In this document: positions 1 to 11,899 of the stretch, piece after piece
How positions within the stretch are numbered: position 1 is the stretch's first letter
Layout: the number at the start of each line of letters is the position of its first letter
Assembly: GCA_963758525.1 (NCBI GenBank)
Contig: CAVWVQ010000003.1
Span: 3,648,001-3,712,000, forward strand
Direction: 5' to 3'
Source of the DNA: an uncultured Phycisphaerales bacterium
GTDB lineage: Bacteria; Planctomycetota; Phycisphaerae; Tepidisphaerales; Tepidisphaeraceae
DNA: 64,000 nucleotides
The notes under the pieces: model-generated
The model's database searches: none
What the model was told of the DNA's origin: nothing
The model's input: only the letters and a program-made list of their open reading frames with translations
Program-made: the position numbers and the translations under genes

Positions 1-478
1 GGCAGACTGTCATCAATATCAACCTGACGGGCCAGTTCCTCTGCGCCGCGAGGCGGTGCGCGAGTTCAAGCGCCGAGGCGTGGTGAAGGAAGTCTCCTGC
101 GCGGCGGGAAAAATCCTGCACATGAGCAGCGTGCATGAAGTGATTCCCTGGGGCGGCCACGTCAACTACGCCGCCAGCAAGGGCGGCATCATGCAGCTGA
201 TGAAGAGCACCGCGCAAGAAGTTGCGCCGTTCCGTATTCGCGTCAACAGCATCGGGCCCGGCGCCATCCGCACCCCAATCAACACCTCCGCCTGGAACAC
301 TCCGGAAGCGTATAAATCTTTGATGACGCTGATTCCCTACGGACGTATCGGCGAACCCGAAGACATCGGTCGCGTCGCCGCGTGGCTCGTCTCCGACCAG
401 GCGGACTACATCACCGGGCAAACACTCTTCGTCGACGGCGGCATGACGCTCTACCCCGGCTTCGCGACGGGCGGATGA
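1..478 (+). CDS. SDR family oxidoreductase (glucose 1-dehydrogenase-like), 5'-truncated by the window edge
   Basis: YAASK catalytic motif, SSVHEVIPW, IRVNSIGPGAIRTPIN, GQTLFVDGG. Upstream INLTGQFLCA is in another frame (1-nt frameshift near 48). Confidence 0.9.
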   Translation, partial: ADCHQYQPDGPVPLRREAVREFKRRGVVKEVSCAAGKILHMSSVHEVIPWGGHVNYAASKGGIMQLMKSTAQEVAPFRIRVNSIGPGAIRTPINTSAWNTPEAYKSLMTLIPYGRIGEPEDIGRVAAWLVSDQADYITGQTLFVDGGMTLYPGFATGG

Positions 479-542
479 CTGGATCAACCGCAGAGATCAA
501 CCATGATTCCAGGCGGCGGCCGCACAGTCTGTGACTCATTTT

Positions 543-650
543 CCCCTCCCCTGGTACTCCGGGGGACGGTCAGGGTGGGGGCCTCTTCGGCAATCGGGAA
601 TGGCACTGCCCCCGCCCCAGCCCGCCCCCGGAGTACCAGGGGAGGGGGGA
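543..650. repeat. REP-like inverted repeat pair, CCCTCCCC/CCCTCTCCC family
   Basis: cccctcccctggtactccggggg ... cccccggagtaccaggggagggg. Related copies near 3697, 52789, 56950, 59530/59700 and 60511. Confidence 0.85.
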
Positions 651-660
651 CGCCGCCTAA

Positions 661-3626
661 GTGTCGCATGCTGCATTACCACTTCCGGTGATCCAGGGAA
701 CGGACGTCCAATCGCAGCGCGTTGCCGCGGACTTGTCGGCACTCTCTGTTGGCGAAGTGCGCTTCGACCGGCACAACCGCCGGCTGTATGCGACCGATGC
801 ATCCCTCTATGAAGTCGAGCCGATTGGCGTGGTATTGCCGGGCAGCACGAGCAAGTGCGGCGCGTTCTCACCTATTGCAATGATCATCACATCGCGCTGC
901 TGCCGCGGGTCGCCGGCACGAGCCTGGCGGGACAGTGTACGAACCGGGCGATCGTTCTCGACCTGTCCGCGTTTTGCCGCAAGCTGATCAGCGTCGACCT
1001 CGAGGCGCGCACGTGCGAAGTCGAGCCCGGTATGACGGTGGACGAATTGAATCGCGCGCTGGCTGCCAGGAAATCCGGCTTTTTCTTCGCCGCCGATCCC
1101 GCGACCAGCGCCCAGGCCTGCATCGGCGGGTGCATTGGAAACAACGCCGCCGGCGCCCGCTCCATTCGCTACGGGCGCACCAGCGAGAATCTCGCGGGGG
1201 TTGATGGGATTCTTCCCAGCGGCGACCGCTGCCGGCTCGCCCCGCTCGCGGGCCGGCAGAGCCCGATCGCATTACGCCTCGCGCAGGAGATCGCGGGAAT
1301 CGTCCGCTCCAACGCGGAAGAAATCCGCAACCGCTTTCCCCGTCTTGTCCGGCGCAACGCCGGCTATGGTCTCGATCTGATTCTTGCGCAACTCGACGTC
1401 GGCATCGCCGTCGAAGACGTCGATCTTTCCGGCCTGATCTGCGGCAGCGAGGGAACGCTCGCCGTCGTGGTCGGCGCGACGCTGCGCCTTCATCCCGTTC
1501 CCGCCGCGCGGGGACTGGCGATCGCCTCGTTTGATGACATCGACGCCGCGATTGCCGCCGTTTGTCCGATTCTTCGAACCGCTCCCAGCGCGGTCGAACT
1601 ACTCGATAAAGCCGTCCTGACCGCCGCTCGCGGCAACGAGCAATGCCGGCATTACGTCGATCTGCTTCCCCGCGTAGACGGTCGCGATCCGGCCGCCGCG
1701 CTCTATATCGAATATGAATCGCCCAATTCGTCGGCCGATCTCGACGGCGCATTCGAATCGCTTCGTCAGACGCTGCCCGGCATTGCCCTGAGCGTGTATC
1801 GGGATCCCGCTCCGATGGCACAGTTGTGGACCCTGCGTAAATCCAGCGAAGCGCTCCTCCACGCCCTCTCGGCCAAGCGCAAGCCGATTACCTTTGTCGA
1901 AGACAACGCCGTTCCCGTCGAAAATCTCTCGCGCTTTGTCCGCGAGTTCAGGAAGATCGTCGAATCCCATGGCACAGATGCCGCATACTACGCCCATGCA
2001 TCGGTCGGTGTGCTTCACGTTCGCCCCATGCTCGATCCGCACGATCCGAAAGACCTCAGGATCATGGAGAGCATCGCCGTCGAAGCGGCCGACCTGGCGC
2101 GCGAATGCGGCGGCGTCATGTCCGGCGAGCATGGGGACGGACGTGTTCGCGGACCGCTTCTCGAACGCTTCTACGGCCCGCAACTGATGCGCGCCTTCAC
2201 GCAAGTCAAGAAAGTCTTCGACCCCAACGGAATCCTCAACCCCGGCATGATCGTCGGCGCGGGACCCGTCGATTCGATTACGCAAAACCTCCGCACGCAA
2301 TCCGCCGGCAGCTTCGATCCCGACAGCGTGCCGACGTACTTCGATTACGCCGATCAGGAAGGGTTCCGCGGCGCGCTCGAGATGTGTAATGGCGCCGGTT
2401 TCTGCAGAAAGACCGCCGGTGGGACGATGTGCCCGTCTTATCGCGCCACGCTTGACGAGCGTCACTCGACTCGCGGCCGTGCAAACGCGCTGCGCGAACT
2501 GATCACCCGCTCCAGCCCATCACCCGATTGGAACGATCCCGACGTCATTGCGACGCTCGATCTATGCCTCAGCTGCAAGGCATGCAAAACCGAATGCCCC
2601 AGCAACGTGGATATGTCACGACTCAAGGCCGAATACACCGCCCAGCGCTATCGCGCCGGCAGCGCGCCCCTCTCGGCGAAGCTCTTCGGCCATATCCGCA
2701 CGCTCAATCGGTTGGGTTCGCTCGCCCCCGGCGTCGCGAACGCCGTTGCTCGCGCCCGATGGATGCGCGCGCTGACGAACCGCGTTCTGGGAATCGCACC
2801 GAAGCGCAGCGTGCCTCCTTTCGCCACATCGCTCTACAGGTGGCTTGCCCTTCGCGGACCACAGCCCGAGCGCGACCGAACCTGCGTCGCGCTATTCGCC
2901 GATTGCTTCACAACCTACAACGACACTCACGTCGGCCGTGCCGCGGTCAGCGTCCTCGAGTCGCTCGGATACCAGGTGACTCTCCCGCGCGTCGGCTGCT
3001 GCGGCCGCGCCATGCTCTCCACCGGCCTGCTCGACGACGCCTGCCACGCCATCACCGAAACATTCGACGCCCTGCGTCCGTCAATCGAAGATGAGCGCGT
3101 TCGTGCGATCGTCGTCTGCGAGCCATCCTGCCTCAGCGCGATCAAAGATGACTGGCTCCAGCTCAAGCTCGACGTGCCGATCGCACTGCGGCAAAAACTT
3201 GCCGCCAAGGCCATGCTGGTCGAAGAATTTGTCGAGCACTTCTGGGACACTCATCCCGTTTGCCCAGCGCCGAACCGAGACGCAGTCGCTCGCTGTCCGT
3301 CGGTCATTCTCCATGGGCATTGCCATCAGAAGGCCCTCTGGGGCGATCGCACCAGTTCCGACGCTCTCAAGCGTCTGCTCGGCGATCGCGTTCGCACCCT
3401 CGATTCCGGTTGCTGCGGCATGGCCGGCGCATTTGGATACACGGCCGATCATTACGATATCTCGATGAAAATCGGCGAGCTGTCGGTCTTCCCCCCGATT
3501 CGCCAAGCCGCTCCCGACGCGCTGATCGTCGCTCCCGGAACGTCGTGCCGCCATCAGATTCACGACGGTACCGGCCGCCGGGCGTTTCATCCCATCGAAG
3601 TCCTGGCGCGGTTCCTCATGCACTGA
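661..3626 (+). CDS. FAD-binding / (Fe-S)-binding oxidoreductase (GlcD-GlcF / YdiJ-like fusion), frameshift near 850
   Basis: YATDASLY N-terminus (ORF 661) joins ORF 855; GEHGDG, CxxCxxC ferredoxin motifs, two CCG domains. Confidence 0.9.
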
Positions 3627-3696
3627 ATGACCGCGCGCGATCACGCGCCACTTTACTTCTCTTGGTGCGGCGAATGCGGGTCCTGCTCTGCTCTGG

Positions 3697-3811
3697 TCCC
3701 TACTCCCGGTACACCGGGAGAAGGTTAGGATGAGGGTGATTTCGAGCACCAAATGCTCTCGAATTCCAGATCACCCTCCCCCCGACCCTCTCCCGAAGCA
3801 CCGGGAGAGGG
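3697..3811. repeat. REP-like inverted repeat pair, CCCTCTCCC family
   Basis: ccctactcccggtacaccgggagaaggttaggatgaggg ... ccctcccccgaccctctcccgaagcaccgggagaggg. Confidence 0.8.
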
Positions 3812-4012
3812 AGCAATTTCGAAGCTATGGGTGAGGCGATCACGTAGCACAGCCGTATCCACGGAATTCTTTCCCGAAATGGGCATAAATGCCCATTTAC
3901 TTGTTGACTTGAGATTGTCGAATAGTTGTCGTGCGGTTGCTGGTTGTCGTGCGATATCTCGCGCCCGGGAACCGCCGTTGTGTTTTCTGCCAGGTGGAAA
4001 CGGAGTTCCTCC

Positions 4013-4546
4013 ATGTCGGCGACTTTGATCGATGCGCGGCGCTGCAGTATTCCATGGACGCCGCAGACATCGCAAAAGGGCTCCCCCAGGCTGCACGGAC
4101 GCATCCTGGTCGCCGACGACAGCGGCGACCGCCGGGAGCTCATCTTTAGCGTGCTCGGGTGCATGGGCCTCAATGTTGCACTGGTCGAAAACGGGCAAGC
4201 TGCGTTCCAGCGTGCACTGTCTGCCTGGGAAAGCGGGCGTCCGTTTGATCTGGTCCTCATGGACGCACAGATGCCGGAAATCGATGGATATGAAGCGACC
4301 GCGCTGCTTCGCTCCGTCGGGTATGGCGGGCGGATCGTGGCGATGGTCGCATGCACGTTTGAAGGCGCGCATGACAAGTGCGCCGCCGCCGGCTGCGATG
4401 GCTACGCCACCAAGCCGATCTCGTATCGCATGCTGCGAAACGCCGTGGAGCGGTACCTGCCTTCTGAAGAAGGCCCATCACGCACCTGTGACAGCTCGAT
4501 CGGTTTTGAGCAAAGCCTGCTCGTGCCGCGGCCCAACGTGAGTTGA
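4013..4546 (+). CDS. Stand-alone response regulator receiver protein
   Basis: ILVADD, FDLVLMDAQMPEIDG (phosphoacceptor Asp), KP motif; ggag upstream of ATG 4013. Confidence 0.85.
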   Translation: MSATLIDARRCSIPWTPQTSQKGSPRLHGRILVADDSGDRRELIFSVLGCMGLNVALVENGQAAFQRALSAWESGRPFDLVLMDAQMPEIDGYEATALLRSVGYGGRIVAMVACTFEGAHDKCAAAGCDGYATKPISYRMLRNAVERYLPSEEGPSRTCDSSIGFEQSLLVPRPNVS

Positions 4547-4567
4547 CACGAGCCCCCGCGGATTCGA

Positions 4568-4677
4568 GGGTTAGCCGCGACGCGGAGCGGAGCGAGTATT
4601 CGAACGAGAAACGGCGCATTTTCATCGCTCGCGCAATCCCCGCGAATACGCGCTCCGCTGCGCGTCGCGGCTAACCC
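4568..4677. repeat. Long inverted repeat between convergent genes (REP-like)
   Basis: gggttagccgcgacgcggagcggagcgagtattcg ... cgaatacgcgctccgctgcgcgtcgcggctaaccc. Confidence 0.8.
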
Positions 4678-4719
4678 GGGGAAGCCGTTTCAGCATTCCC
4701 CCGGACCACAATAGGGGAC

Positions 4720-6278
4720 TCACAACCCATATTCCTTCCACCGCTTCGTCACAAGCTCCTTCGTCGTTGGATCCATCTCCAGTTCCTTCGGCCACGCGCG
4801 CACCTTTCCCTCCGCTGGCCATTTCACTGTCGCGTCGAAACCCATCTTGCTTCCAGCGCCAAGATCCGGGCTGGCGTGGTCGAGAATGTCGACCGGTCCG
4901 CGAACGATTTCGGTGTCGCGGGCCGGGTCACAGTTGCTGAACAGGTGAAAGAGCACGTCTTGTTCGTCGTGTACGTTGACCTGCTCGTCAACGACGACGA
5001 TGAATTTCGTGAACGACATCTGGCCGGCGCCCAGATCGCGTGCATCACGCGCCGGGCCTGATAGGGGTATTCCTTGCGGATCTTGATGAACGCGCAGTTG
5101 TGGAAGACGCCGGAGATCGGCAGACAATAGTCGACAATGTCGGGAACGATCATTCTCAGCAGCGGCAGGAAGACGCGCTCGGTGGCTTTGCCGAGAAAAT
5201 AGTCTTCCATGGGCGGCTTGCCGACGATGGTTGTCGGATAGATCGGATTCTTGCGGTGTGTGATCGCGGTGACGTGAAAAGCCGGGTAGCGATCGGCAAG
5301 CGAATAGAAGCCAGTGTGATCGCCGAAGGGCCCTTCCATCAGTGTTTCAGTGGGATCGACGTATCCCTCGATAACGATCTCCGCATTGGCGGGCACTTCA
5401 AGATCGATGGTTTTGCAACGCACGAGGGGAATGCCGCCGTCGTTGAGGAAGCCGGCGAAGAGAAGCTCTTCGATCCCCGGCGGCAGGGGGGCTGTGGCGG
5501 CGTAGGGCAGAACCGATTCTCCGCCCAGGGCGATGGCGAGCGGCATCTTCTCGCCGCGCGATTGATACATTCGGAAGTGCCGTGCCCCGTCGTGATGCAT
5601 GTGCCAGTGCATGGCGCACTTGCGGGGGCCGAAGAGTTGCACGCGATACATCCCGATGTTGCGGTCGCCGGTCACCGGGTTGCGCGTGTGAATTCCACCC
5701 AGGGTAATGTATCGCCCGGTGCCGCGCTCGGTGACTTTGGCGCAGGCTTCCTTGTCGAACACCTGGCCGCTGTCGAGATTGCCGTCCAGCGGCCAGCATT
5801 GAATGATCGGGAGCCTGGTCAGATCGGCATCGGCTCCCTCGTGAACGACCTGCTGGCAGATTCCAGAGCGAACGCTTTTAGGCGGGAAGCTGCCCAGCTT
5901 GATGAGGTCTGGGAGCTTCTTCATTTTTTCCAGCAGCGTCGTGGGCATCTCCGGCTTGACGAGCTGCTGCACACGATCTGCCAGCGCTTCGAGGTTGGCC
6001 GTTCCCAGCGCCTGGTTGACGCGCCAGTAGCTCCCGAACGTGTTGATGGCCACGGGGATGTCGGAGCCCTGCACGTTTTCAAAGAGCAGCGCGCGTCCGC
6101 CGAGCTTGCCCGGGGCGGTCCGATCGAGTTCGTTGTGGCCATGAGGCGCTGGCGATTTGCTGACGCGATCGGCAATTTCCGCGATTTCGAGAACCGGATT
6201 GACGCGCGCGCCGACGCGCTGAAGCTCGTTATTCTTTTCAAGCACGGAAAGGAAATCGGAAAGCGTTTCGGTGGCCAT
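4720..6278 (-). CDS. ubiD: UbiD family prFMN-dependent decarboxylase (menaquinone-type), frameshift near 5030
   Basis: RNIGMYRVQ, EGPFGDHTGFY, GKPPMED. The C-terminus KFIVVVD...KMGFDAT is in a second frame after a GGG run. Confidence 0.9.
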
Positions 6279-6399
6279 GGTGTGCATGGATGGTACGGAC
6301 GGGATGGTCCATGCGGCAAATTTCGGTCGGACGATGATACGCTAAGGAAAGCGCGAACGGGAGATTTGGCAAGTACGACCGACCTCGATGCGCCGCGTG

Positions 6400-6552
6400 C
6401 CTTCATTTTTACTTTTGCAGTTTTCATTTAACATTTTTCATTCCGATCCCCTCCCTCCAGACCGAACCCTTGCAAACGGAGAATGACAAATGAAAAATGA
6501 AAAGTGAAAAAGGTAAAGTGATATGATTTCCTGAGCCCTGAACCCTGAACCC
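6400..6552. repeat. Inverted short tandem repeats (TTCATTT/AAATGAA) plus CCCTGAA repeats
   Basis: ttttcatttaacatttttcatt ... aatgacaaatgaaaaatgaaaagtgaaaa; ccctgaaccctgaaccc. Confidence 0.65.
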
Positions 6553-6672
6553 GTGTTGACGCGGCGTGCATCGATTGGCATAGTGTCGCGCGTGTAGTTC
6601 CGGCCATGGATGGCCGGGTGGGAATGCAGTTGTCGGCGAAGCAGATCAGCGTTGTATCCCCGCGATTTTTTC

Positions 6673-6700
6673 GGAACTCTTCCATCCTTCCCGCGTCAAA
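6673..6700 (+). promoter_or_regulatory. ECF (sigmaE-type) promoter GGAACT-N16-GTCAAA
   Basis: Close match to the sigmaE/ECF consensus, ending 4 nt before the sigma factor ATG (6705). Confidence 0.75.
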
Positions 6701-6704
6701 AACA

Positions 6705-7367
6705 ATGTCCAGCCTGAGCGGAGCACATCACGAGGCAGTGCCACGGACCGAAGCGCCGTCGCGCGGGGTTCGCCCCGATATTGCACTGCTCCGCAAGGCG
6801 CAGGCCGGAGATCGCGCTGCTTACGGGCAGTTGGTGCTGCTGTATCAGGACAGGCTGTTCAATGCGATGCTGCGAATGGTCGGCGACCGCGACGAGGCGA
6901 TGGATCTGACGCAGGAGGCGTTCACCCGCGGGCTTGCCAAGCTCGACAGTTTTCGCGGCGACTCGGCGCCGTATACGTGGCTGTTCCGCATCGCGGTCAA
7001 TCTGGCGATCAGCCAGTTGCGGAAAGTGCAGAAGCAGCGCGTGTTCTCACTGGACCGTCCGGGCCCTGGAGGCGCGACCCGGGAGCATGGCGAAGATCAG
7101 GCGCAGAGCCTGGTCGATCGTCTCGCGGGCGGCGGGCCGCTTCCTTCAGAGCGGGCCGAGCAGCGCGAGCGCGACGAGGCGATCCTCGCGGCGATGGGCC
7201 GGCTCGACGCGGAATATCGCGCGGTGCTGGTGATGCGGGATATCGAAAGTTTCGATTACCAGCAGATGGCCGATTTGCTGGGCCTTCCGCTGGGAACGCT
7301 CAAGAGCAGATTGTTTCGCGCCCGCCTCGCACTGCGGGATGAATTGCGGGCGTATCTGGGAGGCTAG
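6705..7367 (+). CDS. ECF RNA polymerase sigma-70 factor (RpoE-like)
   Basis: AMDLTQEAF, YTWLFRIAVN (region 2); region 4 GTLKSRLFRAR. Confidence 0.93.
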   Translation: MSSLSGAHHEAVPRTEAPSRGVRPDIALLRKAQAGDRAAYGQLVLLYQDRLFNAMLRMVGDRDEAMDLTQEAFTRGLAKLDSFRGDSAPYTWLFRIAVNLAISQLRKVQKQRVFSLDRPGPGGATREHGEDQAQSLVDRLAGGGPLPSERAEQRERDEAILAAMGRLDAEYRAVLVMRDIESFDYQQMADLLGLPLGTLKSRLFRARLALRDELRAYLGG

Positions 7368-7448
7368 CTGAGGTCGGCGCAATCGCGTTTTCCCGCAAGG
7401 GACTTTACCCGCGCCCTGTGCAGCGATTGTTGTAAGAGTTGATGCGAC

Positions 7449-9101
7449 ATGTCCCAGAATCAGGAAATCATCGAAGCCCGGCTATGTGCTTACATCGACG
7501 ACGAGCTGGACGCGGCCGGTCGCGCCGAGCTTGAGAAGCACCTGGCTGCCAATCCGCAGCATCAGCGTTTGATCGAAGAGTTGCGTCGAACCAGCGCGCT
7601 GGTGCGGAATCTTCCCCACGAGTCGGCGCCGCCGGAATTGGCCGAAGCGTTTGGCGCGCAACTGGAGCGGTCGGTTCTGCTGGAGGGCGTGTCAGAGGAC
7701 GTCGCAGCCGCCGATTTGAAGGCTCCGCGCTGGCCGCAGCTCGTGGCCATGGCCGCGATCACGCTATTGACGGTCGGACTTGCGGTTGTCGTCTATTTTG
7801 CGCTTCCAGGAACGGGTGGCCGTCCTCAGATCGTCCAGACGGTGCCTCATGCCATGACATCTGGAATAAGTCCGCCTGACGACGATCGGCTTGCCGACGC
7901 CAGAACGCGCGACTTCGACAAGACGCCAAACGCAGATCCGGAAAAGCTCAGCATCAAGAAGGACGACAACGCCGCGGCGGCAACGCCAGACGCTGCGGCG
8001 GCCGCCGGTTCCCCGTTGGCGTTCGCAGGGAAAGCGGCTGCCCCGGATCGACTGAAGGCGCGCGGCGCGGCGACTGAGCCAACCGAAATTCCCGCCGCGC
8101 CCGCTTCGAGTGCTGACGGGTCAGAGCGTCAAACAGCCGCTGCATCCGGGGCCTTGCCGGGCAATTCGACGCCAATCGTTTTGGTGATGCACGCCGACGA
8201 TCCGGCCCAGGCGCGCCGGTCGCTGGTGGTCTATCTCGTGCAGCAGAACATCGCATGGGAGCCCGCGCAGCCTGAGGCCGCCAGCGTTGCGCTGGCACGG
8301 CGCGGCGCGGACGACGCGGCGCGTGACGTTGCTGGAGCGATTGAGCCGCAACCAGCTGCGCCGACAACCGAGCCCGCGCCGAAGCAGTTGCAATCGGAAG
8401 AAAAGCGAGATCAGCTCCCGGCCCACGCCGCCGCAGCGACGGCGGCGCCGACCACCGCGCCGTCGGGCGAGGTCGTCAAGGATGCGCTTGAGCAGGCGAA
8501 GAGCGCCGCCCCCGAAGCCGCGCCGGCATCGCAGCCGCTCTTGGATGAGGCCAAGCTGACAGGGGCGTTGCGGCGCGATGTGTCAGTTGACGGGGGCGAG
8601 AGCGCGGCTTCTGCCAAGCCGGACTTCGCGATCAGCTGCAGGCTGACGGCGGCGCAGGCCGAGGAGTTGCGCGCGAACCTCGCGCAGCCGGGCACGTCGA
8701 TTGACGCGCTGCCGCCTGACGCGAAGCAGAGGGCGATCGCGGACGGGAATGCTCCTCGCGCGGCTCTTCCTGAGCCAGCAGCAGTTACTGCTCCGCCAAC
8801 CACGACCCCGTCTGATGCTGATCTGGCGCGACCGATTCCATCTGCCGCACCGGATTCCAATCGGACCGCAAGTTCAGGTGGGCCTTCGACCCAGCCGAAT
8901 GCAGCCTTGGGCGCGGGTCACATTGAGCCGACGACCCAGCCATGGGCCGGCGAAGATGCAACACTTGATCTGATGATCGTCGTTCGCCCCGCAGATCACC
9001 CGGCGACGAATCCTTCCATTCCGGTGGCTGCCGGGGCTTCCGCCACGCAACCTGCAGTGCCGGATGTGCCTCCCGCCGCGCCGGCTACGCAACCGCAGTG
9101 A
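7449..9101 (+). CDS. Membrane-bound anti-sigma factor with Pro/Ala/Thr-rich extracytoplasmic part
   Basis: LCAYIDDEL...EKHL ASD-like N-terminus (HxxxCxxC replaced by HxxxNxxH), one TM, ATQP repeats; directly follows the ECF gene. Confidence 0.8.
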   Translation: MSQNQEIIEARLCAYIDDELDAAGRAELEKHLAANPQHQRLIEELRRTSALVRNLPHESAPPELAEAFGAQLERSVLLEGVSEDVAAADLKAPRWPQLVAMAAITLLTVGLAVVVYFALPGTGGRPQIVQTVPHAMTSGISPPDDDRLADARTRDFDKTPNADPEKLSIKKDDNAAAATPDAAAAAGSPLAFAGKAAAPDRLKARGAATEPTEIPAAPASSADGSERQTAAASGALPGNSTPIVLVMHADDPAQARRSLVVYLVQQNIAWEPAQPEAASVALARRGADDAARDVAGAIEPQPAAPTTEPAPKQLQSEEKRDQLPAHAAAATAAPTTAPSGEVVKDALEQAKSAAPEAAPASQPLLDEAKLTGALRRDVSVDGGESAASAKPDFAISCRLTAAQAEELRANLAQPGTSIDALPPDAKQRAIADGNAPRAALPEPAAVTAPPTTTPSDADLARPIPSAAPDSNRTASSGGPSTQPNAALGAGHIEPTTQPWAGEDATLDLMIVVRPADHPATNPSIPVAAGASATQPAVPDVPPAAPATQPQ

Positions 9102-9241
9102 TAATCCGGGGAGGGACCGACGGAGAATCCGTCGGCTTTCAATTGCGCCCATCAGCGGATCGGGGGTCCCCTAACCTTTTCATTCGCCTTGCATCTAATT
9201 ATTCGACGGGCGAAACGCACAACGAAAGGTGTGGAAGACCC

Positions 9242-9334
9242 ATGCGAAACTCAAGGACATCCGGCAGCATGATCGGCACGATCACGATATTCGGCTATCT
9301 GACGGTGTGCGGGATCGTTTACTTTCTGCGATGA
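9242..9334 (+). CDS. Possible small hydrophobic membrane peptide (30 aa)
   Basis: MRNSRTSGSMIGTITIFGYLTVCGIVYFLR, followed by a strong hairpin and a terminator. Confidence 0.3.
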   Translation: MRNSRTSGSMIGTITIFGYLTVCGIVYFLR

Positions 9335-9410
9335 AACAACCGACGCCGGCCGGGCGGGTTCGCCCTGGTCGGCGTTTACGAATCCTTCCCTCCCTGTGCC
9401 CCGAACGTCT

Positions 9411-9432
9411 TCCCCGCGTTCGGGGCTTTTTA
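9411..9432 (+). terminator. Intrinsic terminator-like hairpin
   Basis: ccccgcgttcggggcttttt. Confidence 0.5.
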
Positions 9433-9440
9433 ATGCGCGT

Positions 9441-10019
9441 TCAACTGAGGCGCAGCGTCTGAAGCAGACGCCAGTCGTACAGCGCGATGTATCCGCCGAA
9501 GGCGACGGCTAATGCGTTGGAAAGTTGGAACCCGCCGATGTCGTATGCCTTGACGATCGCAAAGACATTGAGCAGAACGCTAAGCACCGTGAGCACCAGG
9601 GTAAACCAGACCAGCGCGGCAAAGCGCGGCCGCAGCAGCACCAGCGCATCGAGGATCATGACGACGCCAAAGAAGGTCATGCCCATCTGAGGGAAGAAGA
9701 AAACCGATTGCTCGTAGCGGATCGAACCATTCGCATCGGTGATAGTGTAGAGCGAATAAAAGCTCTCGGGGTCGCCGTGCGCTTTGGCCATCAGGTATTG
9801 GCGAAACTGGGGAAACGTGAAAAGCACGATGATGCCGATGACAAGGCTCAGCCACGCCTCGGCGGGGACAAATCCGCCCGGCAGCGGCGACGCGTAATGC
9901 GGCACATCGCTGTGCGGCGGTGTGGCAAGCTCCTGCTGCGTTGGGTGATGCGGCACGTGCGGATGCCCTCCAGACGCCTGCTGCACCGGGGGATTCTGCG
10001 GCAACTTTGACTCATCCAT
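9441..10019 (-). CDS. Hypothetical multi-pass membrane protein
   Basis: About four hydrophobic segments; ggaggaa SD upstream. Confidence 0.75.
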   Translation of the reverse strand: MDESKLPQNPPVQQASGGHPHVPHHPTQQELATPPHSDVPHYASPLPGGFVPAEAWLSLVIGIIVLFTFPQFRQYLMAKAHGDPESFYSLYTITDANGSIRYEQSVFFFPQMGMTFFGVVMILDALVLLRPRFAALVWFTLVLTVLSVLLNVFAIVKAYDIGGFQLSNALAVAFGGYIALYDWRLLQTLRLS

Positions 10020-10091
10020 CTCGTTCCTCCGTTCCCTGACGACTCGGCCGGCCGCTTGACCAACCTCCGACTGGGAACAAAATGATAACAG

Positions 10092-11168
<1,077 letters not shown>

Positions 11169-11195
11169 GATCGAACGCGGGTGATTGGTGATTGG

Positions 11196-11270
11196 AACGT
11201 GACGAAGCGGGAAGCGTGGAAACGTGAAGACGTGAAGACGTGAAAACGTGAAAACGTGAAACGTGACGAC
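11196..11270. repeat. Octamer tandem repeat (ACGTGAAR)n
   Basis: acgtgaagacgtgaagacgtgaaaacgtgaaaacgtgaaacgtga. Confidence 0.85.
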
Positions 11271-11507
11271 GTTATGTGAAGCGCCAAGCTCGAGCGTCGC
11301 GGGTTCGCCGGTAGGGCACAGCGTTGCTTGCCCTTCGCGGGAAGAAGGAAAAATCTGACACCTCGCCCGCCGATCGGACGCGGAAATCACTATGCTCCAT
11401 AAGTCCATGTTAAATAGATTGTTATGTCGAGTGCCCTTTTGTCGCGATCGAGTCACCAATCACCCCGCGCCCCGCGAGCATTCGTAATGTATACTGCTGA
11501 AGCGAAT

Positions 11508-11530
11508 GCATTGAAACTGAGTCTCAACGC
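11508..11530. promoter_or_regulatory. Fur-like palindromic operator upstream of feoA
   Basis: gcattgaaact-g-agtctcaacgc (9 of 11 arm positions complementary), downstream of TATACT at 11490. Confidence 0.6.
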
Positions 11531-11605
11531 CGATAAGATTCGCAGATACAGAATAGTATGATGCCGACGGATCGGCAATGAAGGGCGAAACCAGGAGTCC
11601 TGGCC

Positions 11606-11884
11606 ATGCAGAAAAGTTGCGAATTTGCCGCGTGTAATCATTGCCAGACGCCGGAAACCTGCGCCCTGAACAAGCTCGGCATCGGGTGTCAGGGAACGGT
11701 GTTCGCCGTTGGAGGCGATTCGGAAATCCGCCGCCGGCTCCTGGAGATGGGGTTCTGCAACGGGGCCAACGTTCAGGTTATTCGCCGGGCGCCGCTGGGA
11801 GATCCAATTGAATTCCGCCTCCGCGGCTACCATCTGTCCCTTCGCGCCGATCAGGCGATGCACGTGAAGATTGTCCCGGCATAA
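11606..11884 (+). CDS. feoA: Ferrous iron transport protein A
   Basis: RRLLEMG, RRAPLGDPIEFRLRGYHLSLR; caggag SD. Confidence 0.93.
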   Translation: MQKSCEFAACNHCQTPETCALNKLGIGCQGTVFAVGGDSEIRRRLLEMGFCNGANVQVIRRAPLGDPIEFRLRGYHLSLRADQAMHVKIVPA

Positions 11885-11899
11885 GTTCGTTTCCCTCTC

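Noticed and set aside
9205..9290. Possible c-di-GMP-I riboswitch (gggcgaaac...gaaa...gg)
   Set aside because: Only a P2-like stem is visible; the conserved GCAAA junction and P3 receptor are not recognisable.
11169..11600. pheT expected after pheS
   Set aside because: No pheT sequence is present; it is presumably encoded elsewhere, and a split pheS/pheT is not remarkable on its own.
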